Origin: a bacterium | GTDB taxonomy: Bacteria; Krumholzibacteriota; Krumholzibacteriia; LZORAL124-64-63 | Direction of reading: 5' to 3' | NCBI GenBank assembly: GCA_031441465.1 | Contig: JANOEP010000011.1 | Span: 64,001 to 128,000, forward strand | DNA: 64,000 nt | Made by a program: the position numbers and the translations under genes | The notes under the pieces: model-generated | What the model saw: the letters and a program-made list of their open reading frames with translations, nothing else | The model's database searches: none | Told to the model about the DNA's origin: nothing | Shown: positions 29,873-39,323 of the stretch, piece by piece | How the letters are laid out: every line of letters begins with the position of its first letter | How positions within the stretch are numbered: position 1 is the stretch's first letter

Positions 29873-30547
29873 TCAGCAGAGGGCGAGCACTTCGTCCACG
29901 AGCCTGCCGATGCCGTCGAACACTACGGAAATCCTGTCGGTGACCATGTAGGCCGGTGTGGTCACGACGCGGTTCACGCCGTCCACCACCACCTCGTCGG
30001 CCGCGGCCGGCACGTGCCGGGCGCCCATCGCCTCCAGCGCCGCCGCCTGGCCGGGGTCGTCGCCGATGGTCAGTTTCACGGGCGGCCGCTCGTCACCCGT
30101 GCGGGTCCCCAGGACGCGGGCGACCAGGACCGGGGCGATGCAGGCCGCGCCGATGACCTTGCCCGCGCCGTGCATGGCGGCGAGGAACGCGGCCACCGAC
30201 GGTTCGACCGTGCACGCTGCGCCCTCGGTGGCGAAGGTGCAGAGGTTCTTGGCGACGCCGAAGCCGCCCGGCAGCACCACCGCATCGAAATCCTCGACGC
30301 ACAGGTCCCTCACCTCGGCGACCGGTCCGCGCGCGATGCGCGCCGACTCGACGCGCATGTCGCGGGTCTCGCCCGCAGCGGGTTCCCGGCGCAGGTGGTC
30401 GATCACGTGCAGTTGCGGTCCCGAGGGGGCGGCGACGGTCACGCGCGCACCGGCCCGGTCGAGCGCGAGCAGCACGGCCGTGGCCTCGTGGATTTCCGAA
30501 CCGTCGAACACGCCGGCGCCGCTCAGGATTACCGCCACGCGTTTCAT
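29873..30547 (-). CDS. elbB: ElbB glyoxalase (DJ-1/PfpI superfamily)
   Basis: ILSGAGVFDGSEIHEA, ESARIARG, PGGFGVAKNL, CIAP, TTPAYM. Confidence 0.92.
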   Translation of the reverse strand: MKRVAVILSGAGVFDGSEIHEATAVLLALDRAGARVTVAAPSGPQLHVIDHLRREPAAGETRDMRVESARIARGPVAEVRDLCVEDFDAVVLPGGFGVAKNLCTFATEGAACTVEPSVAAFLAAMHGAGKVIGAACIAPVLVARVLGTRTGDERPPVKLTIGDDPGQAAALEAMGARHVPAAADEVVVDGVNRVVTTPAYMVTDRISVVFDGIGRLVDEVLALC

Positions 30548-30712
30548 GGCGCCACCTCCCTCCAGGAAGAGTTGGGATTTTCGGGCCATCGGCCCCGGAT
30601 GTCAACCCCCCGCGGTCGGCCGGCAAGAGACTTTTTGGGGGCGTCGCCGGCGAGTACTACCTTGGGCCGTGATGCCGCGCGCAAACGCGCGCCGGCTCGA
30701 CACGGAGGGGCG

Positions 30713-31186
30713 ATGTCGAAAATCGCGATCGGCGGGATGGTCGAAACGCCCGCCCTGGTGCTCCTGAAGGTCCTGGGCGCCCGCAAGGGACCCGGCGTGG
30801 CCGGTCTGGCCCTGTCGACGCTCGGTGCGCACGGGGTCAACGTGCTGTGCGTGGTCTCGTCCTCGGACCGCTACGGCCGCGAGAACATGACCGTGGCCGT
30901 GGGCCGCGACGATCTCGACCAGGCGCTGGGCCTGCTGCAAGCCGTCCGCGAGGAAATCGACTCGGAACGCATCGAAGTGGTGCGCAACTGCTGCCTGATC
31001 TCGGTCTACGGCCCCCACTTCAGCGAACGGCCGTCCATCGCCGGCATGATCTTCGACGCCCTGGCCGCCGGTAAAATCGACATCCATGCCATCAGCACTT
31101 CGGTTTCGACCGTTTCCTGCCTCATCGACCAGGACGACCTGGAACCCGCCCGCCGACAACTCCAGGCCGTCTTCTTAATGCCTTAA
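30713..31186 (+). CDS. Tandem ACT-domain protein (aspartokinase regulatory-like)
   Basis: PGVAG..., ISVYG...PSIAGMIFDALAAGKIDIHAISTS; GGAGGG RBS. Confidence 0.8.
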   Translation: MSKIAIGGMVETPALVLLKVLGARKGPGVAGLALSTLGAHGVNVLCVVSSSDRYGRENMTVAVGRDDLDQALGLLQAVREEIDSERIEVVRNCCLISVYGPHFSERPSIAGMIFDALAAGKIDIHAISTSVSTVSCLIDQDDLEPARRQLQAVFLMP

Positions 31187-32403
31187 GTTGTGCCGTCGAG
31201 ATTGTGTCCGGCCGCGCCATCGGTTAGCGCGGCCGGCTCTCGTTTCATCCTCTCACATCGCGTAGCTCAACTCATGCCGCCGCTGCCGCGGCAACACCCG
31301 CGTGCTGACCGTGCGCCAGTAGTACTCGGTCCAACGCGCCGGCAACTCGATGCGGCTCACGAACAACCGACGTTCCAGCAACTCACTCACCGAGAGCCGC
31401 CTGTCGAACATCCCGCGCGCCTGCGCCGGCGTCGGGCTCCCGCGCTCCTTCTCCCGCCTGCCCTTCATGTAGTTCCGCCACACCAGGAACACCGCCAATC
31501 GCTCCGCGCTCGACTGCCGGCGCTTCGACCACGCGATCGTCTCGCGCTTGTGGTTCGCGCTGCTGTGGCGGATCAACAGGTCCAGCAAGTTGAACGGGAA
31601 CAACGGGTTGCCCGCATCCCGCCGCTCCCGGCTCGACGTCACTAGGTGGGTCGATTCGCAAGGCAACCCCTTCAGGACCCGCGGGTAGATCTGGTGCTCG
31701 TCACTCAAGACGGTCACCCGCCGTTGCCCGCCGGTGACCACCTCCAGCAGATGCTTCACGTCCTTGAACACGGCCTTGGAGTCCGGCCGGCCAAGGCGGG
31801 CTTCCAGCCGCTGGCGCTTGCGCTTCTGCGCCTTGGTCATGCGGCCGCTGCGGCGGACCTCGCTTTCGGTGAAGTAGATCATGAAGTCGGTGTCCGTCTC
31901 TACGGCCAGGTGGTGGTGGAAGGGCCAGTACTGGGAATGCTCGAAAGAGACGAAGCCGTCGATGGCGAACTGGTCGGCCGGCTTGGCGGACTGCATGCGT
32001 TGGGCGTGGTAGAGCAGGCAGTGGCGGCCGAGTCGGCCGAGTTGGCGGTCGATGGTCGAGGGCGCGACGAGCAGGTCCCTGGCGATCTGTCGGTTGGCCA
32101 TGCAGCCGGTGGTCTTGGTCAGCAGTTGTGGGAGGATGTCGGGTCGTTTGAGCCAGTAGGAGGTGGCGAAGGTCTGGGAGCTGAAGGAACGGCGGCAATG
32201 GAGGCAGAGGAACCGCTGGATACGGTTTGGGCTGAGGTGTCTACGGTAGTAGCCGATGCGTTTGAAGCGCCAGCCGGCGATCAACTGCTTGTGGTAGCAG
32301 CAGTTGGGGTTGGGGCAGTGGGGTGGAATGAATCTGGTGCCGATGGTGCGCATGTCCGGCCCGAGGCATCAAGCGGGCCGGACACATTTTCGACGGCACA
32401 ACT
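31186..32403. mobile_element. Insertion sequence (~1.2 kb) with 28-bp terminal inverted repeats
   Basis: Left AGTTGTGCCGTCGAGATTGTGTCCGGCC (31186-31213) vs right reverse complement AGTTGTGCCGTCGAAAATGTGTCCGGCC (32376-32403), 26/28 identical. Encloses a single transposase; no TSD seen. Confidence 0.8.
31253..32353 (-). CDS. Transposase with N-terminal zinc ribbon (IS1-like DDE)
   Basis: CPNPNC...CLHC zinc ribbon, HTH (RQIARDL), acidic motifs FAIDGF, VLSDEH, KRETIAW; atypical codon usage. Confidence 0.78.
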   Translation of the reverse strand: MRTIGTRFIPPHCPNPNCCYHKQLIAGWRFKRIGYYRRHLSPNRIQRFLCLHCRRSFSSQTFATSYWLKRPDILPQLLTKTTGCMANRQIARDLLVAPSTIDRQLGRLGRHCLLYHAQRMQSAKPADQFAIDGFVSFEHSQYWPFHHHLAVETDTDFMIYFTESEVRRSGRMTKAQKRKRQRLEARLGRPDSKAVFKDVKHLLEVVTGGQRRVTVLSDEHQIYPRVLKGLPCESTHLVTSSRERRDAGNPLFPFNLLDLLIRHSSANHKRETIAWSKRRQSSAERLAVFLVWRNYMKGRREKERGSPTPAQARGMFDRRLSVSELLERRLFVSRIELPARWTEYYWRTVSTRVLPRQRRHELSYAM

Positions 32404-34067
32404 CAATATTGGAATCCGCTCTCGCCGATGAATTCCCGCAGCAGCGAGGTCGGCGGCACCAGCCGCGCGTCGATCGGCAAGTGCAACCCCAGGAACTCCA
32501 GCAGCCCCCGCGCCCGCCCGAACGCCGCGTCCTGGGGCGGCACCGCCGCCAGGCGCGGTTCGGCCCACAGCTTCAGCACGCCCAGCTCGTACGGCAGGCC
32601 CGTGTTGAAGAACAGGTCCGCGTTCGACTGCCAGGGGAAGATGTATTTCTTCTCGCCTTCGCGCACGCTGTTCCAGCGCTGCAGGGTCGTCGCCGCCGGG
32701 TAGCCACGGTACTGGGCGTCGCGCACCAGGCGACGGAAGAGCCGCGGCAGGTGGGTGGGCATGTAGGTCAGGTCGTCGATGTTGGTGGGCGTGAGGGCCG
32801 AGACGTAGATGCGCAGCGTGTTGCGGCGCGGCACGTCGGCGGCGAGGCGCGCGTTCAGGGCGTGGATGCCCTCGACGATCAGGGGCGAGCCGGGCGGCAG
32901 GGAGGCGGGGCTCTCTCGCCAGACGCTGCGCCCGGTGTGGAAATCGTAGTGGGGCAGGCGCATGTCGCGGCCGGCCAGCAGCCCGTCGAGCGTTTCGGCC
33001 AGCAGGTCGAGGCGCAGGGCGTCGAGGGTCTCGTAATCGAAGGTGCCGGCGGCGTCGCGGGGCGTGTGCTCGCGGTCGACGAAGAAATCGTCCAGGGAGA
33101 GCGAAAGCGGGCGCAACCCGTGGTCGCGCAGCATCAGGGCGAGCTGCTTGGCGAAGGTCGTCTTGCCGCTGCTCGACGGGCCGGAGATCAGGACCAGACG
33201 GCCGTCGTCGGGCAGGGTGGCGACCCGGTCCGCGGCGCCGACCACCGCCCGCGTGTGCCGAGCCTCGCAGATCGCGATGAGTTCGCCGGCGCACCCCTCG
33301 GCGACCAGGCGGTTGATCGAGCCCAGATCGGGGATGCCCTGGCTCGTGGTCCAGGCGGTGTGATCCCGCAATGCCTGGAGCAGCTTGGGTTGCTGCGCGA
33401 AGGGTTGGACCGAATCCGGAGCGCCGGCCAGGTTGGGCATCAGCACGAAGCCGGGCGGCTCGGGCAGCAGGGCGAAGGCGCCCGCGAGGGCCGTCGAAGG
33501 CAGGTGCAGGCCCTGCAGCAGCAGCCGGCTGCCCTCGGGGCGGCAGAAGACCGCGGTGCCGACCGGGACGTAACGCGCCGCTTCGAGCGTGTGGCGGCGC
33601 GCCGAGTCGCGCAGCGCCCGCTGCAGGGCGCGGGGACCGTACAGCACGGGTTTCAGTTCCCGGTCGGCCGCGATGATCGCCCGCATGCGCGCCTCGAGCG
33701 CGGCGAGTTCGTCGGGCTGCAGGGGAGCGCCGCGGCGCAGCTCGCAGTACATCCCATCGCCGTAGGAGAAGTCCACGACGATCGCGTGTTCGGGATGCAG
33801 CTCCTCGCAGGCCATCGCCATGACCGTCACCAGCGTCCGCTGGACCGTGGAGTGGGATTTGGGATGGCTGCGGCGCATCAAGCCCACCGTCTCGCCGCCC
33901 CACAGCGGTTCGTTCAGGCAGGTGCGCTGGCCGTTGACCACGCCCAGGACGGCCGGGTCGGCGCCGCCGTCGAGTTCGTGGATGGCGAGCACCTCCAGCA
34001 GAGGGGTGCCGGGTACGATCTCGAACGGACGGCCTTCGATCCGGACCGTCGCGCTGCCGTTGGCCAT
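32403..34067 (-). CDS. Nucleoside (uridine) kinase with ThrRS-like N-terminal domains
   Basis: GPSSSGKTTF, LSLDDFF, IVEGIHALN, RRLVRD, SLLREFIG. Confidence 0.88.
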   Translation of the reverse strand: MANGSATVRIEGRPFEIVPGTPLLEVLAIHELDGGADPAVLGVVNGQRTCLNEPLWGGETVGLMRRSHPKSHSTVQRTLVTVMAMACEELHPEHAIVVDFSYGDGMYCELRRGAPLQPDELAALEARMRAIIAADRELKPVLYGPRALQRALRDSARRHTLEAARYVPVGTAVFCRPEGSRLLLQGLHLPSTALAGAFALLPEPPGFVLMPNLAGAPDSVQPFAQQPKLLQALRDHTAWTTSQGIPDLGSINRLVAEGCAGELIAICEARHTRAVVGAADRVATLPDDGRLVLISGPSSSGKTTFAKQLALMLRDHGLRPLSLSLDDFFVDREHTPRDAAGTFDYETLDALRLDLLAETLDGLLAGRDMRLPHYDFHTGRSVWRESPASLPPGSPLIVEGIHALNARLAADVPRRNTLRIYVSALTPTNIDDLTYMPTHLPRLFRRLVRDAQYRGYPAATTLQRWNSVREGEKKYIFPWQSNADLFFNTGLPYELGVLKLWAEPRLAAVPPQDAAFGRARGLLEFLGLHLPIDARLVPPTSLLREFIGESGFQY

Positions 34068-34238
34068 GGTCGTCTCCTTGCCCGATGCGAGGGCGGCCTG
34101 ATGGTAGGACCAGCGCGACGGCTTGTCCATCCCGGCGCCGGGCAGGGGAAAGCTCCGGTTGTACGGAGCCGGGTCGCCGTCTATACTGCTGCCCGCAAGA
34201 GGTCGCCACGAGACGATGCGAGACAAAGGGAGTGCACC

Positions 34239-35264
34239 ATGTCCGTGAAGCTGGGAATCATGGGGTTCGGTCGGCTGGGCCGGAACATGTTCCGGATCGC
34301 CCACGACGTTCCCGACATCACCTTCGCCGCGGTCAGCGACGTGGCCGGCGTCGAGACGCTGGCTTACCTGCTGAAGTACACCACGGTCGAAGGGCCCTTC
34401 AAGGGCGAGCTGCGCCAGAAGGGACACTACCTGGTCACCAAGCACCAGAACACCCGTGTGGTGCACGGCTCGCGTCCGGGCGACGTCCCCTGGGATGTGC
34501 TGGGCGTCGACATCGTGATCGAGGCCACCGGCATGTTCCGCACCCGCGCCGAGCTGCAGAAGCACCTCGACTCCGGGGCCAAGGGGGTCATCCTCTCGAC
34601 GCCGCCGGTGGGTGCGATCGACCGCATGATCGTCAACGGGGTCAACGACGACCAGCTGCAGCCGGGCGACCGCATCGTCTCCTGCGGCAGCAGCTCGTGC
34701 CACGCCCTGGCCGTGATCATGAAGGTCCTGCACGAGAAGATCGGCGTGAAGCGCGCGACGATGACCACCGTCCACGCCTACACCAGCGACCAGCAGCTCA
34801 GCGACAACGCTCGCGGCGGCCTGCGCTGGAGCCGCTCGGCGGCCGAGAACATCATCCCGAACAGCAGCTGGGCGGCCGGCGCGGTCATGGACCTGATCCC
34901 CGAGCTGCGGGGCAAGCTGTCGGGCATGGCCCTGAACGTCCCGGTGTCCGCCGGCTCGAACCTCGACCTGGTCATCGAGCTGAACAAGCCGCTGTCGGCG
35001 GTGGAGTTCAACGCCGTGCTGGCCGAGGCGGCCGCCGGCCCCTACAAGGGCCTGATCGGCTACACCGACGAACCCATCGTCTCCAGCGACGTGATCGGCA
35101 ACTCCTGCTCGGCCGTCGTGGATTCGCAGGCCACCCTGTCGCTGGGCAACGGCCTGGTGAAGTGCATCGTCTGGTACGACAACGGCTGGGCCTACGCCTA
35201 CCGCATGCTCGAGACCGCCCGCAAGCTGGCGGGCCTGATCCGGTCCCAGGAGGTCGCGTCATGA
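34239..35264 (+). CDS. GAPDH-like paralog lacking the catalytic Cys motif
   Basis: GFGRLGR, EATG, TTVHAYT and WYDN are present, but ASCTTNC is replaced by GSSSCHA. Confidence 0.88.
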   Translation: MSVKLGIMGFGRLGRNMFRIAHDVPDITFAAVSDVAGVETLAYLLKYTTVEGPFKGELRQKGHYLVTKHQNTRVVHGSRPGDVPWDVLGVDIVIEATGMFRTRAELQKHLDSGAKGVILSTPPVGAIDRMIVNGVNDDQLQPGDRIVSCGSSSCHALAVIMKVLHEKIGVKRATMTTVHAYTSDQQLSDNARGGLRWSRSAAENIIPNSSWAAGAVMDLIPELRGKLSGMALNVPVSAGSNLDLVIELNKPLSAVEFNAVLAEAAAGPYKGLIGYTDEPIVSSDVIGNSCSAVVDSQATLSLGNGLVKCIVWYDNGWAYAYRMLETARKLAGLIRSQEVAS

Positions 35265-36262
35265 GAATCGCCATCAACGGATTCGGGCGCATCGGGCGCG
35301 CGGTCTTTCGCCTGCTCAACAGCATGCCCGAGGTCGAGGTCGTGGCCATCAACGACCTGGCCGACCCCGCGGCGCTGGCCTACCTGCTGCGCCACGACAC
35401 GGTCATGGGGCCCTTCCAGGGCGTCGCCCAAATGGACGGGGACCTGATGGTCACCAGCAGCCAGCGCGTGAAGATGACCCAGGTGCCCGACCCGAAGCAG
35501 CTGCCCTGGCGCGAACTGGGCATCGACTACGTGGTCGAGGCCACCGGCCGCTTCCGCAAGCGGGCCGAGATCGCCCAGCACATCGAGGCGGGGGCGAGGA
35601 AGGTCCTGCTGACGGTGCCCTCGAAGGACGAGATCGACGCGACCATCGTCCTGGGCGTCAACGACGAGGAGCTCAAGCCCGAACACCAGATCGTCTCGAA
35701 CGCCTCCTGCACGACCAACTGCCTGGCGCCCCTGGCCTACGTGCTGGACAAGGAGTTCGGCATCGAGTACGGGCTGATGACCACCGTCCACGCCTACACC
35801 AACGACCAGCGCCTGGCCGACGTGCCGCACAGCGACTGGCGGCGGTCCCGCGCCGCGGCCGAGAACACCATCCCGACCACCACCGGCGCCGCCCGCGCCG
35901 TCGGCAAGGTCCTGCCCAAGCTCAAGGGGAAGCTCGACGGTCTGGCCATGCGCGTGCCGGTGCCCGACGGCTCGGTCGTCGACCTGGTGACGATCATGTC
36001 GCGCGACGTGACCGCGGCCCAGGTTTGCGACGCCGTGCGGTCCCACGCCGAGAGCGCCCGCTTCCGCAACATCCTGCGCTACGCCGAGGAACCCCTGGTC
36101 TCGAGCGACATCGTGGGCGACCCGCACTCGTCGATCTTCGACGCGGAGTACACCTCGGTGATCGGCGGCAACATGCTCAAGACCCTCAGCTGGTACAACA
36201 ACGAGTGGGGCTACTCCAACCGCGTGTTCGACCTGCTGAAGCTGATGGAAAAGATCGGCTGA
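35261..36262 (+). CDS. gap: Type I glyceraldehyde-3-phosphate dehydrogenase
   Basis: INGFGRIGR, SNASCTTNCLAP, TTTGAA, MRVP. Confidence 0.96.
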   Translation: MRIAINGFGRIGRAVFRLLNSMPEVEVVAINDLADPAALAYLLRHDTVMGPFQGVAQMDGDLMVTSSQRVKMTQVPDPKQLPWRELGIDYVVEATGRFRKRAEIAQHIEAGARKVLLTVPSKDEIDATIVLGVNDEELKPEHQIVSNASCTTNCLAPLAYVLDKEFGIEYGLMTTVHAYTNDQRLADVPHSDWRRSRAAAENTIPTTTGAARAVGKVLPKLKGKLDGLAMRVPVPDGSVVDLVTIMSRDVTAAQVCDAVRSHAESARFRNILRYAEEPLVSSDIVGDPHSSIFDAEYTSVIGGNMLKTLSWYNNEWGYSNRVFDLLKLMEKIG

Positions 36263-36296
36263 CCGGCGCCACCCGCGCGGCCCGACGATCCGGCAG

Positions 36297-36332
36297 ACGA
36301 AGACCCCGGCCCGCCGCGGCCGGGGTCTTCGT
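36297..36332 (+). terminator. Terminator-like hairpin after gap
   Basis: ACGAAGACCCCGGCC-cgccgc-GGCCGGGGTCTTCGT. Confidence 0.6.
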
Positions 36333-36523
36333 GCGCGCCGGGGGGAGGACTGGCGCGGGTTCCCGGGCCTGGCGCCCCGCGACTCGGCCGGTCCCGCCGA
36401 GCGCGTCCCGGGGCGCGGCGACGCGGGTTCGCAGCCCCTCGACCTTCCGGCTGTTGTTCGCCCCTCGATCCGTGTTAGAATGGACGGGTTCCCGCCGTTC
36501 CGCACTCGAATTGGGAGACGACC

Positions 36524-37207
36524 ATGCGCCTGCTCGCGATCGCCGCCCTTGCCTTGGCTTTCTGTGGGACGGCCGCCGCCGAGCGTGCGGCTCCCCTGCC
36601 GACCCCCCTGGTCGCACCGCCGACCCTGGCCGTCACGGACTGCCTGACCGGCAACGTCACGGCGGCGGCGACCTACTCCGGTTGGTGGGGCGGCAACGAG
36701 TCCTACGCCCGCCTGTTGCCCGCCGCGGCCCCCGGCTGCAACTGCAACGTGGGCCTCTCGGTGACCACGGCCCACATGCTGCTGGTCCTGGACGCCGGCA
36801 CAGACATCACCGTCCAGGCGCGCCTGCTCACGGCCGCCGGCACGCCCGCCTGCCGCACGCCCGGCACGACGCTAGCGATGTCGTCGCCGCGCCGCATCCG
36901 CGGTATCACGAGTCCGGGCGTCTACGACGTCGCCGTGCCCTGCGATTTCGTCTGCGCCGAGTCGGGCCAGGACTACTTCCTGGTCGTCGACTTCGTCTCG
37001 GGCGTCGCGCCGGGTCTGGATCTCGTCGGCGGCGGCACGGGACACGACTGCGCGACCTGGAACGACTGGGGCGCCGGCTGGATCGACCTGGTCGGGTCCA
37101 TGGGCTTCCTCAACGACCTCACGATCTGGGCGGATCTGGACTGCTGCTACCAGGCGATCCCCAACGCGTCCAGCACCTGGGGCGGGATCAAGGCCATCTA
37201 CCGCTAG
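36524..37207 (+). CDS. Secreted Cys-rich protein with C-terminal TWGGIKAIYR motif
   Basis: Signal peptide; several Cys; ends SSTWGGIKAIYR. Confidence 0.8.
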   Translation: MRLLAIAALALAFCGTAAAERAAPLPTPLVAPPTLAVTDCLTGNVTAAATYSGWWGGNESYARLLPAAAPGCNCNVGLSVTTAHMLLVLDAGTDITVQARLLTAAGTPACRTPGTTLAMSSPRRIRGITSPGVYDVAVPCDFVCAESGQDYFLVVDFVSGVAPGLDLVGGGTGHDCATWNDWGAGWIDLVGSMGFLNDLTIWADLDCCYQAIPNASSTWGGIKAIYR

Positions 37208-37304
37208 CGCGGCCGCTCGGGCCGACGCGTTGCCGTCCCCCGTGCCGCTGCCGTATCTTGGCGGGGAGGCCCGCTGTTCCGCCCGTCGATGAGGAGTTCG
37301 CCCC

Positions 37305-39323
37305 ATGACACGCTCCACGCGATGCATCCGCCCGTTCACGGGTGTCGCCGGCTCGATCGCCCTGCTGGCCGTCTTGCTGACCTCCCTGCCGGCGCCCGCC
37401 GTCGCCGGCACCGTCGCGCCCGATCCGACCGCCCATCGGCGCCAGGAAGCAGCGACCAAGGCCCGTCTGGCCGCCGCCGCGACCCGCGCCGATGCGCAGA
37501 GGACCGCCGGTCAGGACCTGTACGATGTCCTGCACTACGACCTGGACCTGACGCTGGCGCCCGCGTCGCACCTGCTGACCGGGCAGGTCGCGACCACCGC
37601 CCGCATCGTGGGCTCGCCCCTTTCCACCCTGGACCTGGACCTGAAGTCGACGATGGTGGTGACCGCCGCGACGGCCGGCGGCGCGCCGACCACCTGGACC
37701 CGCATCGGCGACGTGCTGACCGTGGCGTTGGATCGTGCCTACGTCCCGGGCGAAGTCGTCACCGTGTCGGTCGCCTACCGGGGCAATCCCGCCGGCAGCT
37801 ACTTCGGCTGGAGCAGCGTGGGCGGCCAGCCCATGATCTGGACGCTGAGCGAGCCCTACGGTTCCCGGGACTGGTGGCCGTGCAAGGACCTGAACACCGA
37901 CAAGGCCGACTCGGTGGCCGTGCGCGTGACCGTGCCCGACGGGCTGATCGTGGCTTCCAACGGGCTGCTGGCATCGGAAGTCGACAACGGCGCGACCCGC
38001 ACCTTCCAGTGGCGCACCGGTTACCCCATCGTGCCTTACCTGGTCTCGCTGGCGATCTATCCCTACACGCGGTTCTCCCACTGGTACACGCCGCTGGCGG
38101 GCGGCGACCCCATGGAAGTGCAGTACTTCGTGTACCCGAGCCACTACGATGCGGTCCAGGCGAATTACGCCAAGACCGTGCCGATGATCACGGTCTTCGC
38201 CCAGGCGTTCGGGGAGTACCCCTTCGTGCAGGAAAAGTACGGGCACGCGGAATTCGTCTGGGGCGGCGGCATGGAGCACCAGACGCTCACCAGCCTCGGC
38301 GGCTACGGCGAGGACCTGATCTCCCACGAGCTGGCGCACCAGTGGTGGGGCGACATGATCACCTGCGCCGACTTCCAGCACATCTGGCTCAACGAAGGGT
38401 TCGCCACCTGGTGCGAGGCCTACTGGCGGGAACAGACGGCGGGCGTCGCCACCTACCGCGCCTACATGGACGCCGCCGCCTACATGGGCCCCGGCACCAT
38501 CTTCGTCGAGGACCCGAGCGACTTCTGGGGCATCTTCGACGGCAACCTGAGCTACAACAAGGGCTCGTGGGTCGTGCACATGCTGCGCGGGGTGCTCGGC
38601 GACGAGGACTTCTTCGCCGGCCTGGCGGCCTACCGCGACCAGTACGCCTACGGCAGCGCCACCACGGAACAATTCCGCGACGTCATGGAGCAGGTCTCGG
38701 GCCGCGACCTGGACGCGTTCTTCCAGCAGTGGATCTACGGGGAGTACTTCCCCTTCTATTACTACGACTGGGAGACGACCGCCCACGCGGACGGCCTCGT
38801 GCTGAACCTGGCCGTGACCCAGGCGCAGGCCAACACCGGTCTGTTCGCGATGCCGCTGCCGGTGCGCGTGACCACCACGGCCGGTGTCGTGGACACCGTC
38901 GTCTGGAACGACGCCGCGCTGCAGTCCTACCGGATCGCGGTGCCCGGCGCGGTGACCGGCATCGCTCTGGACCCCGACGGCTGGATCCTGTGCGAGAAGG
39001 CGGCTGTCCCGCTCATGGGGACCGCGGCGCCGCAGGTCCCGGTCCCTGGGACGCCCCGATTGACCTGCGCCCCGAACCCGTTCAATCCCGAGACCGAGGT
39101 CGTGGTCTCCACCGCGTCCGCGGGTCGCGTGGACCTCTCCGTGCACGACGCCGCCGGCCGCCTGGTCGGAGTGCTGTGCGCCGGCGACCTGCCCGCCGGC
39201 GAGCACCGCTTTCGTTGGCGGGGTCGCGACGAGGCGGGCCGCGCCGTCGCGTCCGGCGCCTATTACCTGCGCCTGCGCACGCCGGCGGGCGACGTGTTGC
39301 GGCCCGTGGCGTTGGTGCGTTGA
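37305..39323 (+). CDS. Secreted M1 aminopeptidase with FlgD-like C-terminal domain
   Basis: GGMEHQ, HELAHQWWG...WLNEG, YNKG; C-terminal PNPFNP...WRGRDEAG..VASGAY. Confidence 0.92.
   Translation: MTRSTRCIRPFTGVAGSIALLAVLLTSLPAPAVAGTVAPDPTAHRRQEAATKARLAAAATRADAQRTAGQDLYDVLHYDLDLTLAPASHLLTGQVATTARIVGSPLSTLDLDLKSTMVVTAATAGGAPTTWTRIGDVLTVALDRAYVPGEVVTVSVAYRGNPAGSYFGWSSVGGQPMIWTLSEPYGSRDWWPCKDLNTDKADSVAVRVTVPDGLIVASNGLLASEVDNGATRTFQWRTGYPIVPYLVSLAIYPYTRFSHWYTPLAGGDPMEVQYFVYPSHYDAVQANYAKTVPMITVFAQAFGEYPFVQEKYGHAEFVWGGGMEHQTLTSLGGYGEDLISHELAHQWWGDMITCADFQHIWLNEGFATWCEAYWREQTAGVATYRAYMDAAAYMGPGTIFVEDPSDFWGIFDGNLSYNKGSWVVHMLRGVLGDEDFFAGLAAYRDQYAYGSATTEQFRDVMEQVSGRDLDAFFQQWIYGEYFPFYYYDWETTAHADGLVLNLAVTQAQANTGLFAMPLPVRVTTTAGVVDTVVWNDAALQSYRIAVPGAVTGIALDPDGWILCEKAAVPLMGTAAPQVPVPGTPRLTCAPNPFNPETEVVVSTASAGRVDLSVHDAAGRLVGVLCAGDLPAGEHRFRWRGRDEAGRAVASGAYYLRLRTPAGDVLRPVALVR

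Noticed and set aside
32403..36262. Calvin-cycle-like PRK/GAPDH A2B2 module
   Set aside because: The kinase matches the ThrRS-like/uridine kinase fusion type. No RuBisCO, CP12 or GapB-type C-terminal extension is visible.
36340..36445. GGTTCG-containing GC-rich stretch as a possible tRNA (similar one near 19470-19510)
   Set aside because: No consistent cloverleaf with acceptor stem, D arm and anticodon arm could be built.
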